A stretch of DNA of 64,000 nt from positions 1,984,001 through 2,048,000 of the forward strand of contig OY760175.1 of the NCBI GenBank assembly GCA_963663165.1, written 5' to 3'. The DNA comes from an uncultured Desulfospira sp. Lineage in GTDB: Bacteria > Desulfobacterota > Desulfobacteria > Desulfobacterales > Desulfobacteraceae. Position 1 is the stretch's first letter, and each line of letters starts with the position of its first letter. Position numbers and translations under genes: made by a program. The notes beneath the pieces are model-generated. The model worked only from the letters and a program-made list of their open reading frames with translations. It searched no databases and was not told the DNA's origin. Shown here one piece after another: positions 1 through 9,242 of the stretch.

Positions 1-253
1 CCTTAACGCACCCCATGGCAACGATAAATATAGCAAAAACGGCGGCATAGGCCACCCCGGTCACGGTAAGCCTGCCATGGGCCGCCGTATAGATGAAGCT
101 TGCCGCAAACAGCAGGGTCAGGCAATACCAGGACTGGATAAAAATAATCCCCACAGAGGCCAGAAGGCAGACCGCCATCCGGGTCCTGACATCAAGAGAT
201 CGGACAAAATTGCCGGGTTTCTCGGGCAGATCACTCCCGGATAATACCTGCAT
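1..253 (-). CDS. ECF transporter transmembrane T component, N-terminal part (runs off the window edge)
   Basis: Manual translation from ATG at 253: MQVLSGSDLPEKPGNFVRSLDVRTRMAVCLLASVGIIF... The LDVRTR matches the EcfT LDPRxK motif and is followed by hydrophobic helices. Overlaps the S-component stop. Not in the ORF track. Confidence 0.75.
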   Translation of the reverse strand, partial: MQVLSGSDLPEKPGNFVRSLDVRTRMAVCLLASVGIIFIQSWYCLTLLFAASFIYTAAHGRLTVTGVAYAAVFAIFIVAMGCVK

Positions 254-782
254 GGCGAAGCTCCTTTACAAAAAGAATGCCGGTTCCAAGTCCCATCAGA
301 CAGCCCACATACCCCAGGCCCACCACCACGGCAGCCATGATAAAAAAGCCAAGCTGCTCCCGGTACATCAAATAGGAATACCCAAGGGAAATCCCCCGAG
401 AGAGAAAATCAAACAATGCCACCCCGATGACCAGCACCACGGGGTGTTTAAATCTTCCCGTGGCTGCCATGGCAAGATCGCACAGGCAGCCGGCCAGGAT
501 CACCCCGATAATGGTCATGGGATTGCCGCCCATCAGAATCAGGGAGACCAGGCAGGAAATCAGGGAAAACAGGCTCAAGACCCCGAATTTTCTGACCTTG
601 TAAACCAGGATAATGAGCAGCGATGTGGCCACGGTATTTTTCATCACCAGGGTGACCGGATTCATGCCGCCGCCGGCCAGGGCGATCATCATGGTGGAAA
701 TCTTAATCAGGCCGGCAAAGGTGCCGATGGTGATCAGTTCTCCCGGGGTCCAGTAAGGATGTTTTCTTTTGGGATCAGTCAT
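231..782 (-). CDS. MptD-family putative ECF transporter S component
   Basis: 183 aa, about 5-6 TM helices, ELITIGTF N-terminal and KVRKFG motifs, ends ELRHAGII; sits next to EcfT. Confidence 0.75.
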   Translation of the reverse strand: MTDPKRKHPYWTPGELITIGTFAGLIKISTMMIALAGGGMNPVTLVMKNTVATSLLIILVYKVRKFGVLSLFSLISCLVSLILMGGNPMTIIGVILAGCLCDLAMAATGRFKHPVVLVIGVALFDFLSRGISLGYSYLMYREQLGFFIMAAVVVGLGYVGCLMGLGTGILFVKELRHAGIIRE

Positions 783-2164
783 TTGACAATCTCTTTATAA
801 AAATCGATCATGCCCTGGGCAAGGTTGGTCTGCCAGAATTCTCCGGCCCGGGTCAGGGTCATCCACCCCTTGGAAAGGCTAACCAGGCCGGCCTGTTCCC
901 ACTGGGAAACCAGGGGCCTGAATACGGATTCCATATCCATGTCCAACGGGGCCCCGGCGGTTTTAAGGTTAATCCGGCCCATTTCAAGTTCCCCTGCCAC
1001 AATCCGGATCAGCGGCTCGGTTTCATCAGGCTTCATCATATGAACTAAGGGTTTTTCCCACCCTGCACGGTCCAGATATTTTTTTAAATTGCCTTCCAGA
1101 AAATAGCCGTACCCGTTCATAAATCCACCGGCCCCGGACCCGAAGCCTAAGCAGTCGGTCTTGGCCTTCATGAACCGGTTGTACAGATTCCTTTCCCTGA
1201 AGGTCCGCCCCCAGTGGTCAATGGATAGACGCCGGTACCGGGCCTGTTCCATAATAGCTCCCCCCCTTTCAAACATGGCGGCCCGCATGGGGCGGTCTGC
1301 CACCGGCGGCACCTTTTGGTCGGCAATGGCCCGGTCCAGTTTTCCGCCGGGAAACCGGATGAGCTGGTAAAGGTCCACCCCGTCAATTTCAAGGCCCATA
1401 AAGGTGTCAAGGTCCTTTTCCCAGGTCTCCATGGTCTGGCCGGGCAGTCCGTAAATCAGGTCAATGATGACGGCGGCCTGGTCCGTGGCCTTAAGGGCGT
1501 TTAAACAGGCGATGATCTCCCTGATCCCCTGAATGCGGCCCACGCTTTGGCGGATTTTGGTATCAAAGGTCTGGACTCCGATGGAAAACCGGTTGGCCCC
1601 GCCGTCGATACAGGCGGCTATCTTGTCCTCACCAAAGCCGAACACCCGGCCTTCCACGGTAATCTCGCAGTCATTGGCCAGGGGCAGATACTGCCTGGCA
1701 GCTTGCAGAACCTTTTTAAGGTCCCGGGTAGACAAGGCCGTCGGGGTCCCCCCGCCCAGGTAGACCGCATGAACAGGCCAGGAATTCACCATGGGCGAAT
1801 CCGATGCGGCCGCCATCTCCTTAACCAGCGCATCCACATAGGCGTTCTGGTTTTCCTCATTTGCCGGGTTGCCGAAAAAACCGCAGTACAGGCACCGGGT
1901 TTCGCAAAACGGGATATGGATATAAGCGGTGGTTTTCCCCCGCCGGGGGGTTTGAGCCAGGGCCTGCCAGACCCGCGGCCGTTCCTCTTCCGGAACTGGC
2001 TTGCCGCCAAGCCCCGCATGGACAACCGCTTTTCTGGCAAAGGCATCGGCCATGGGGGTATCGCTGATCCGGGCAAAATAAGGCCGCTGTGCCGAATCCT
2101 GGCCAAAGGATTCCATGAGCTTCATTTTGGAATCGACACTGCTGTGGGATACATCCTTTTTCAT
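779..2164 (-). CDS. hutW: HutW/ChuW-like anaerobic heme-degradation radical SAM enzyme (HemN-like class C)
   Basis: YIHIPFCETRCLYCGF (CxxxCxxC), AVYLGGGTPT, LPLANDCEITVEGR, NRFSIGVQTF, ERNLYN, LTRAGEFW. Confidence 0.85.
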   Translation of the reverse strand: MKKDVSHSSVDSKMKLMESFGQDSAQRPYFARISDTPMADAFARKAVVHAGLGGKPVPEEERPRVWQALAQTPRRGKTTAYIHIPFCETRCLYCGFFGNPANEENQNAYVDALVKEMAAASDSPMVNSWPVHAVYLGGGTPTALSTRDLKKVLQAARQYLPLANDCEITVEGRVFGFGEDKIAACIDGGANRFSIGVQTFDTKIRQSVGRIQGIREIIACLNALKATDQAAVIIDLIYGLPGQTMETWEKDLDTFMGLEIDGVDLYQLIRFPGGKLDRAIADQKVPPVADRPMRAAMFERGGAIMEQARYRRLSIDHWGRTFRERNLYNRFMKAKTDCLGFGSGAGGFMNGYGYFLEGNLKKYLDRAGWEKPLVHMMKPDETEPLIRIVAGELEMGRINLKTAGAPLDMDMESVFRPLVSQWEQAGLVSLSKGWMTLTRAGEFWQTNLAQGMIDFYKEIVK

Positions 2165-2246
2165 AATATTTTCTTTAGCTCCTTATGCCCAACCGGGTGT
2201 ATAAGAGAGGCGCCTTTTTTAGTGATGGCTTATTACCTTGATTAAA

Positions 2247-2266
2247 AAGTTTAATAGCTCAAACTT
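2247..2266. promoter_or_regulatory. Putative DtxR-family operator over the hutW promoter
   Basis: AAGTTTA-ATAGCT-CAAACTT. Minus-strand TTGACA at 2274-2279 with a TATTAA -10 at 17-bp spacing inside the palindrome. Confidence 0.6.
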
Positions 2267-2303
2267 TTTGGGGTGTCAACCCCATTTCATTACAATTTTC
2301 CTG

Positions 2304-3047
2304 TCAGGGAGTTGCAGGCAGGGGAATTTGCGTTTCAACGTGAACGTCATCAATCAAAGCAGCTAATCCAGTCACACTGGACAGCTTTACATAGATGGTT
2401 TCCGGATTATCATTGAACCTGATTTGGGCAACGGCCCGGCACCAATGGCCGGACCCGCCGCCACCGACATTTCCCACTGTGGTCACACATACGGCAATGC
2501 CGTTTATATCCGCAATCTGGGTACCGTCATATGACCTTCCGACCCGGATGGCACAATTATCTTTTTCAAAACTCGAATAATAAGTCCATTGAATCCGGGC
2601 CAAAGTCGGCCCTGCTTTTTCAGGGGAAAGCGGCTGGGGAATCTTAAACCATAAACTGGTTTCGCCCATGCCGCCGTAATATCCGCTTCTGCTCCATTTT
2701 CCCACCATGGGATACCAGCGCCAGCCGCCAAGCCCGATTTTGGAGCATTTGGCACGAATCATCAGGGGCTGTCCCCCGGAATTGACCCAGTTACCGCCAT
2801 CGGGCAAAAGGGGGATCTTTGGTGCCACTGGATCAGGATCACCGGATTGAGGCGGAACATGGAGTGCCTCAGCATTAGCGGCATTAAACCCCCAGCTCTG
2901 GCAGGTGGTTAACCCGGGATGCCCGCTGCTGCTGCAATCAGCATGGCCGGAAGATAGCGTGTCCCAGGCCTGCCCAAGGATGACAGCAACGAAGACGACG
3001 GCCAACATTCTAAAATGTTCAAATTTTTTTATTAGCATAGAATTCAT
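2304..3047 (-). CDS. Hypothetical exported protein, Cys/Trp/Gly-rich
   Basis: 247 aa ORF with an N-terminal hydrophobic signal-like segment; no family recognised. Confidence 0.6.
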   Translation of the reverse strand: MNSMLIKKFEHFRMLAVVFVAVILGQAWDTLSSGHADCSSSGHPGLTTCQSWGFNAANAEALHVPPQSGDPDPVAPKIPLLPDGGNWVNSGGQPLMIRAKCSKIGLGGWRWYPMVGKWSRSGYYGGMGETSLWFKIPQPLSPEKAGPTLARIQWTYYSSFEKDNCAIRVGRSYDGTQIADINGIAVCVTTVGNVGGGGSGHWCRAVAQIRFNDNPETIYVKLSSVTGLAALIDDVHVETQIPLPATP

Positions 3048-3063
3048 AATAAAACTAAAAACA

Positions 3064-3083
3064 TAATTAGCAATGTCTAATTA
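3064..3083. promoter_or_regulatory. Putative DtxR/MntR-type operator
   Basis: Perfect-armed palindrome TAATTAG-CAATGT-CTAATTA just upstream of the 3047 start. Confidence 0.55.
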
Positions 3084-3245
3084 TTGACATGCCATGTAAT
3101 ATTTTGAATTTGCTGCGCTGTCAAGAAAAAATGGAACTATCTGTAGAAAGGCCCTGTCCTGCTCACCTGTCCAATCCCCTCAAGACAAGAAAGAAGCGTA
3201 TCGAATTTTTATGGGATTGGTGTTGGCATAAAAGGGGCGGCCTTT

Positions 3246-4951
3246 TCAGGCCTTAAAGAACCGAAACCCTTTATTTCCTGCGACATATATCAAAATGGCC
3301 GTTATTGTAAAATCGGGAAAAACTTTTAAGCACTCTTTTTTATATCCTTGCACCTGTTCCAGATCTTTTTTGGGCGGGGCTTTCATCGATAATATGGTAT
3401 CGGCGTACTGCCCCCGGCCGTACTTGAACTCAATAATGGTTCTGGTGTCCTTGTATTGTGTGTGGTATTTGCCGGTCATTTCCCAGTCGCTCCGGCCCGA
3501 CGGGTAGTTGACTTCCATGGAAAAGGTAAAATACCGGGACAGATAACGGGTGCAAAGCTCGTAAAACGCGCACCGGACAAAATTTTCATTTATCTTGTCC
3601 CAGGCCTGGGCCGGGAACTGCCCAAGGTAGGTGTCATAGAACCCTGAAAACAGAGCTTCCATATCAAGGTCGGCCAGAAATGTTCTAAAAAATTGGGTAT
3701 AGCCTTTGGAGACTTCCAGGTTATTTAATTCATTGTAATAATCAACAAAAATTTCGCGCAGGGTATTATTGGGAAGACACATGCTAAAATCATCAAAACA
3801 GGTGACCATGCCAAGATAAAACAAAGATACCGGATAATAGTCCTTTTCAAAAAACTGCCGCATATTGAATTTTGAAACCAATTGCTTAAGATCGTATTCA
3901 AGGCTGTTGTCAAACACCAGGGCATCCATCATGGCATCGGTGTTTTCCTTCACCGTGGTCAACCGCTCTATCCAGGACACATCGGTTTTCAGATTATCGT
4001 CAATCAGTTCTCTGGGGATTTCACCATTATTTAAAGCAAAATTTTTTAAAAAATAAGTAACAATGGTGGAATTATAAAGGGTATCTGCCACATCCGGCAA
4101 AAAACGGTAACCGTCATAATGATTTTTCATGATTCCAAGTATTTCAGGCATACGGACAGGATCAAACCCATAAGACTCAAACACATTGCCAAGGTATTTT
4201 TTGGTTTCTTCGTGGGTAAAACCCAGCATATTTACCAATTGTTTTTTTAACGTCACTATCTCGGCAATATTAAATCCTGAAGTTAAATCATCAATGGTAA
4301 TGGGCAGAACACCGGTGATAAACACCTTGCCGATGCTCTGCATTTCAATGCCGGACTTTATGACTTTGAAAAAGGAACGTAAAAAGGAATCCCCGCAGGT
4401 CAGTTCCTTGTACAGGTCGTCGTTGCGGGTGGTGATCAACTGATTGGTGAAGTTATCGTACTCGTCGATAATGATGTAAATCGGCGCAAGGTTGCGGTCT
4501 TTTACCATGGACAGGATCTGCTTGAGACGGACGGCCAGGGCCTGGTCCTTGTTCATATCACTGTCCTTGAAATATTTATTGTAGGAATGAAGGAAGGAGC
4601 CCAGTGATGCGCCCTGGGTAAGGTTGAAATTTTCCTCAATTATGCCAAGATCCGGTTTCACCGGCACTTCGGAAAAATTTAGGCGCAGCACTATAAAGCT
4701 GTTTTTAAGCGGGGTCGGGTTTTGCCCGATCCAGGTGTTTCCAAAAAGCGGTGGAAATTTATCCTTGCGGTTGATATCGTAATAACATTCAAGTGTGGAA
4801 CACCAAAGGCTTTTGCCGAAACGCCGGGGACGCAAAAAACCGGTGCCTTCCAATTTTCAAGGGCGGCAATGTGCCGGGTTTTATCTACATAGTAATATCC
4901 TTGTTCCTGTATTTCTTCAAAGCTGCCGACAGCATAGGGTATCTTTTTCAT
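3246..4951 (-). pseudogene. AAA-ATPase-like + PD-(D/E)XK nuclease protein, frameshifted near 4835-4840
   Basis: MKKIPYAVGSFEEIQEQGYYYVDKT...APVF in one frame continues as LRPRRFGKSL (Walker A), IIIDEYD (Walker B) and GRSD...IIEFK in another. One T is missing from a T6 run. May be a sequencing error. Confidence 0.8.
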
Positions 4952-5060
4952 GGCTGATATTTCCTTGTTTTAAATTTTATACTATACCACCCAAAGACTC
5001 TCAAGAATAAAAGAAAACGAAGCTAAAAGCCGAATGCTGGCAGCCAACCCCTTCCATAAC

Positions 5061-5150
5061 AAAACAGCCGGGTTCTCTGTTTGGGAAGTCCGGCTGTCCT
5101 GTCGGTTCTGTGGTCCCCCCCCCCCCCGGCTGTCCGGGGGGGGGGATTTT
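5061..5150 (-). promoter_or_regulatory. Degenerate copy of the c-di-GMP-I riboswitch with its terminator retained
   Basis: Minus strand ...ACAGGACAGCCGGACTTCCCAAACAGAGAACCCGGCTGTTTT closely matches the 3' half of the 7943-8040 element. The 5' aptamer half is replaced by a C13/G10 hairpin. Confidence 0.6.
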
Positions 5151-5162
5151 CGTTTCTTGTTT

Positions 5163-5990
5163 CTATTTTCTTGTTCGTCTCAACCCGGCCAGGCCCACAA
5201 GACCTGCGCCCAGCAAGAAAAAGGTGCCAGGCACGGGAACCGAACTTACTGCGGTTGTTGAAATATAAGGTGCAGTGGCACCCTCACGGTCAAAGCTTGC
5301 ATAAACGCTGCCGCACTCTGCCGCTGTGGCAAAAAGCTCCGTCGCATAGGCGTTGGCTAGTTCTTCGTCTTCTTGCAGACTGTCAAAAAACGCCTGGGTA
5401 AGTTCCGGTATCCAGCCGTCATATACATACCCGCTGGCAAGAACAATACCGTTGTTGCTGTCCGGATCAAGAACCCAGCTATTGTACAGATCGGTAATGT
5501 CTAAACTATAAGTGCCGTTGGCTGTCATGGTCAGGCTTGATATAGCGGATTGCGTCAGCAGGGTATTTTTAAGATCTACGACGTTGGCATCATCTCCGTA
5601 GGCTGTCAGTGTCTCCACATCAACATCACCGGGATCATAAACGTCCAGATATGCCGGCAGATCTGCAGTTGTAGCAGGCGGATTGCCGCCGGTCATTGAC
5701 CCTGTTCCTAAAAGGTCGATGACCAGATATGCCGATTCAACGGTCTCAGTTGCCAGAACATTAAATTTCACCCAGCTATAACCCCACATATCTTCGTCTC
5801 CGCCAAACACCTCAAGGGCTGACACTACAAAGTAATCCTTGGAGTCGTCCGGATAAGTAGTATAGGACCCCTGACCACTCATATAGGTGTACCCGGTCAT
5901 TATACTCTCGCCAATAACTTCGGCAGATGCGGTGCCGGTAAATATCATTCCAATCATTGCCAGTGCGATAAACATGTTTTTAAATTTCAT
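5163..5990 (-). CDS. PEP-CTERM (VPVPG) surface protein with the shared YxYM/GSM domain
   Basis: Signal peptide (..TASA), C-terminal VPVPGTFFLLGAGLVGLAGLRRTRK; paralog of 8182 and 11442. Start refined to MKFKN at 5990. Confidence 0.9.
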   Translation of the reverse strand: MKFKNMFIALAMIGMIFTGTASAEVIGESIMTGYTYMSGQGSYTTYPDDSKDYFVVSALEVFGGDEDMWGYSWVKFNVLATETVESAYLVIDLLGTGSMTGGNPPATTADLPAYLDVYDPGDVDVETLTAYGDDANVVDLKNTLLTQSAISSLTMTANGTYSLDITDLYNSWVLDPDSNNGIVLASGYVYDGWIPELTQAFFDSLQEDEELANAYATELFATAAECGSVYASFDREGATAPYISTTAVSSVPVPGTFFLLGAGLVGLAGLRRTRK

Positions 5991-6234
5991 TTTTCTTTTT
6001 CCTTTAATTCTTAATAGTTGCATGTCATTTTTCCTTAATTTTTCTTAATTCATTGTCTTTTTCTTATTGCCGTACTTCATTTTGAGTGAAAGCTTTAGAT
6101 ATCACCTCCTTTAAAAAAGCTGTTAGCTGTCAGCGCTTAGCCGTTAGCCGGCCGAAATGGCCTGCATGCTGAAGGCCGACAACTTTCATTATCCGGTTCG
6201 CCCATGGGAAGATGGGCAACACCGGCCATTTTTT

Positions 6235-7833
6235 TTAAGCCTCTTTTTCCCGATTCTCTTCCCGGGATCGGGTCACCATCCCGTAATAATCGATCAGGGC
6301 CTGGGCCAGGTTGACCTGCCAGAACTGCCCGGCCAGGGTCAGGCTGATCCATCCGTCTTTCATTTCAATTAACCCGGCCTGTTCCCACTGGGTCAGCAAG
6401 GGCCTGAACAATTCGGTGATATCGGGCCTGAACTGCCTTTCTAAGTTGGCAAGGTTCAGGTGGCCGGCCTCCAGCTCACCGGTGATCCGGTTGATCAGGG
6501 GTTTAAATTCGGGATAGGCCAGCATGGAGGCCACAGGCTTTACCCCGGATTCAATTGCTGCCGTATATTTGTCCAGGCGGCTTTCCAGATGGCCGGCATA
6601 CCCGCCTAAACTTCCCCCGGCACAGGAGCCGAACGCCAGACAGGGCGAGCCCTCTTTCATCAGCAGGTTGTAGATATTGCGCTCCCGGGTACCCCGGCAC
6701 CAGTGGGTCATGGAAAGCCTTCGAAACCGGGCCTGGTCCATAAGTTCCACCCCTCTTTTAAACATCCAGGCCTGTTCCGGGATATCGGCCGGATACGGCA
6801 GCTTCCCTTTTTCTGCAGCCAGGTCCAGGGGGCCGCCCGCAAAAATGTTCAACTGATAAAGATCTGCCCCGTCAATGTTCAGCTCAATAAGGGTCTTTAA
6901 ATCCTTTTCCCATACGGTCATGTTCTGGCCCGGCAGACCGTAGATCAGGTCAATGACAATGACGGCGGCATTGGTGTCCCGGGCCCGGGACAGGGTTTTG
7001 ACAACCGTATCCTGATCGCTTCTTCTCCCCAGGCTTTTCCGGATAGCCGTATCAAAACTTTGCACCCCGATGGAAAACCGGTTGGCCCCGCCTTCAAGGC
7101 AGGCCGCCAGTGTGGCCTCATCCAAATCGGCAATGGTGCTTTCCACGGTGATTTCGCAATCATTTGCCAGGGGCAACCGGTTTCGGATCTCTTTTAAAAG
7201 CCGTTCAAGGTCCCGGGGCTCCAGGGCCGTTGGGGTGCCCCCGCCCAGGTAGACCGCGTGGATGGGATAATCTGCCACGGCCGGCCGGGCCTGGTCCAAA
7301 CTCATCTCTTTGATCACCGCATCGGTATAGGACGGACTGGATATTTTGCTCAAAGGGTTGACAAAAAAGCCGCAGTACAGGCAATGGCCCCGGCAAAAGG
7401 GAATATGGAAATAGGCGGCCGAACTCTGGCTGCGGGGGGTGCCCATCAGCTCGTCCCATAAGTCATTAATCTTTGATTTTTCCACGGGCTCTCCGCCCAT
7501 GCCGGCATGCACGGTGGTTTTCCTTGAAAAGGCATGGGTTAAGGGGTCCACCCCTTCCCTGGCAAAAAAATCCCGTTCGTCTTCCCGGGCCAGGCTTGAG
7601 GACTGCCTGTCCAGTTGGCCTTTATTTTGTCCGGTCTTTAGCGGGGCCTTGAAATGGTCCCGGTTCCCGGCACCCATCATGGAGGCCTTGGCCCGTTTCA
7701 GATAGGTTAAATCAATGATGTTCCGGTTTTCCGAACGGGCCCGGGACTCAATCCCTTTTTTAACCGTTCTCCGGATAAATCCCGGAACCTGTTCAAAATA
7801 CTCCTGGGCATCACTTGTCCATTGCATGGTCAT
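6235..7833 (-). CDS. hutW: Second HutW/ChuW-like radical SAM enzyme with an N-terminal PCP_red-like helical domain
   Basis: YFHIPFCRGHCLYCGF, AVYLGGGTPT, ANDCEITVE. The N-terminus WTSDAQEYFEQVPGFIRRTVKKGIESRA resembles the BchB/ChlB C-terminal PCP_red domain. Confidence 0.85.
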   Translation of the reverse strand: MTMQWTSDAQEYFEQVPGFIRRTVKKGIESRARSENRNIIDLTYLKRAKASMMGAGNRDHFKAPLKTGQNKGQLDRQSSSLAREDERDFFAREGVDPLTHAFSRKTTVHAGMGGEPVEKSKINDLWDELMGTPRSQSSAAYFHIPFCRGHCLYCGFFVNPLSKISSPSYTDAVIKEMSLDQARPAVADYPIHAVYLGGGTPTALEPRDLERLLKEIRNRLPLANDCEITVESTIADLDEATLAACLEGGANRFSIGVQSFDTAIRKSLGRRSDQDTVVKTLSRARDTNAAVIVIDLIYGLPGQNMTVWEKDLKTLIELNIDGADLYQLNIFAGGPLDLAAEKGKLPYPADIPEQAWMFKRGVELMDQARFRRLSMTHWCRGTRERNIYNLLMKEGSPCLAFGSCAGGSLGGYAGHLESRLDKYTAAIESGVKPVASMLAYPEFKPLINRITGELEAGHLNLANLERQFRPDITELFRPLLTQWEQAGLIEMKDGWISLTLAGQFWQVNLAQALIDYYGMVTRSREENREKEA

Positions 7834-7942
7834 TGTTTCCTCATGTTGTTGGTAGCTGTTAGCTATTAGCCGTTAGCTGTTAGCGGTTAGCCGGCTGCCA
7901 TTTCCTTCAGCTAACAGCTAACGGCTAAACGCTAATAGCTTT

Positions 7943-7983
7943 AAAAAAACAGCCGGGTTCCCTGTTTGAGGCAACCCGGCTGT
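7943..7983 (-). terminator. Intrinsic terminator acting as riboswitch expression platform
   Basis: ACAGCCGGGTT...AACCCGGCTGT followed by a U-run; the left arm is the aptamer 3' strand. Confidence 0.75.
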
Positions 7984-8045
7984 CCTGTAAGGATCCGCGG
8001 CTTTCCGTCCCCCGGTTTCCCGGGGTTTGGCTTTTTCGGTTTGTG
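7965..8045 (-). ncRNA. Cyclic-di-GMP-I (GEMM-I) riboswitch
   Basis: Minus strand AAAGCCAAACCCCGG-GAAA-CCGGGGGACGGAAAGCCGCGGATCCTTACAGGACAGCCGGGTTGCC: GNRA-capped P2, GACG-GAAAG core, AGCCGGGTTGCC 3' end. Confidence 0.85.
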
Positions 8046-8181
8046 GGGACTTGGGATATGGGACCTGGGATTTGGGGTTGATTTACGCTTCTATTTCTAA
8101 GGTCTCAGGTCTGAAGTCTAAATCCATCTCCACCGGTTAGACTTTGATTATCTCATTTTGTCCCATTCTTGTTTCCGGTTT

Positions 8182-8979
8182 TTAGTGTCTTGCCCGTCTC
8201 AATCCCGCAAGCCCCGCAAGGCCACATCCGAGCAGCATCAGGGTACCGGGAACTGGAACTGTTGATGAAATATACGGCGCGCTGCCGTTTTCGTTGCCAA
8301 AACTGGCATAAACGCTGCCGCTTTCTGAAGCGATGAGAAGCATCTCTGTTAACAGGGCGTTGTATTCTTCATCGGTAAGACTGTCTATATACTCCTGGGT
8401 AATATCTTTTATATAGCCTTCATAGTTATACCCGCTGGCAAGAATGATACCGTTGTTGCTGTCAGGATCAAGAATCCAGCTGTTGTACAGATCGGTAATG
8501 TCTAAGTAATAGGTGCCGTTGGATGTCATGGTCAGGCTTGACAGAGCGGTTTGCGTCAACAGGGTATCCCTGAGAGCTGAAACGGTGTCTTTATCCAATG
8601 TTTCCACATCAACATCGCCGGGATCATAAAGGTCCAAAGAGGCAACAAGCTCTTCGGTTGTTGCCTCGGGATTGCCGAAGCTCATAGCACCTACACCCAA
8701 AAGGTCGAGAACCAGATATGCCGATTCAACAGTCTCGGTCTCAGTCACTTCAAATTTCAGCCAGCTATAGCCCCACATATCGCTGTCCCCGCCAAACAGT
8801 TCAAGGGCGGTTGCCACAAAGTAATCTTTGGAGGATTCCGGATACGTCGTTGTGGCACCCAGGCCACCCATATAGGTGTACCCGGTTAATTCACACGTAC
8901 CAATAACTTCGGCGGATGCGGTGCCGGTAATTACCATTGAAAATAAAGCCAGTGCCATGAGAATTCTTTTAATATTCAT
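8182..8979 (-). CDS. PEP-CTERM surface protein with the shared YxYM/GAM domain
   Basis: Signal peptide; TGYTYMGG, DMWGY, GVGAM, DITDLYNSW...NNGIIL; tail VPVPGTLMLLGCGLAGLAGLRRARH. Confidence 0.9.
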   Translation of the reverse strand: MNIKRILMALALFSMVITGTASAEVIGTCELTGYTYMGGLGATTTYPESSKDYFVATALELFGGDSDMWGYSWLKFEVTETETVESAYLVLDLLGVGAMSFGNPEATTEELVASLDLYDPGDVDVETLDKDTVSALRDTLLTQTALSSLTMTSNGTYYLDITDLYNSWILDPDSNNGIILASGYNYEGYIKDITQEYIDSLTDEEYNALLTEMLLIASESGSVYASFGNENGSAPYISSTVPVPGTLMLLGCGLAGLAGLRRARH

Positions 8980-9242
8980 TTTGATTTATCCTTTTTGATT
9001 TATCCTTTTTGATTTAAATAAAACGTTTTTCTATTTTGGTCTTGAAACAGGCTGAGCTTAAAAGGGTCAGGAATTCACTGACAATGAGTAAAAGGCATGT
9101 ATGACCTCCTTTCTTTCTTATATTCCACAAACATGGGAAGATGCTTTAAAATCGGTTGTTTTTTGTTTTCACACATAGATATGGGTAGGATGGATCAGGG
9201 TCCGGGCCTCTCCTTGACCCATGGTTCCCCCCCCTTGTTGTC

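Noticed and set aside
93..2245. Long plus-strand ORFs (93-800, 1547-2245) and similar antisense ORFs throughout the window
   Set aside because: Shadows of well-supported genes on the opposite strand in GC-rich DNA, with no motifs.
8979..9016. 14-bp tandem duplication (TTTTGATTTATCCT) over the RBS of the 8182 gene
   Set aside because: Real, but only about 2.5 copies and most likely a neutral slippage event.
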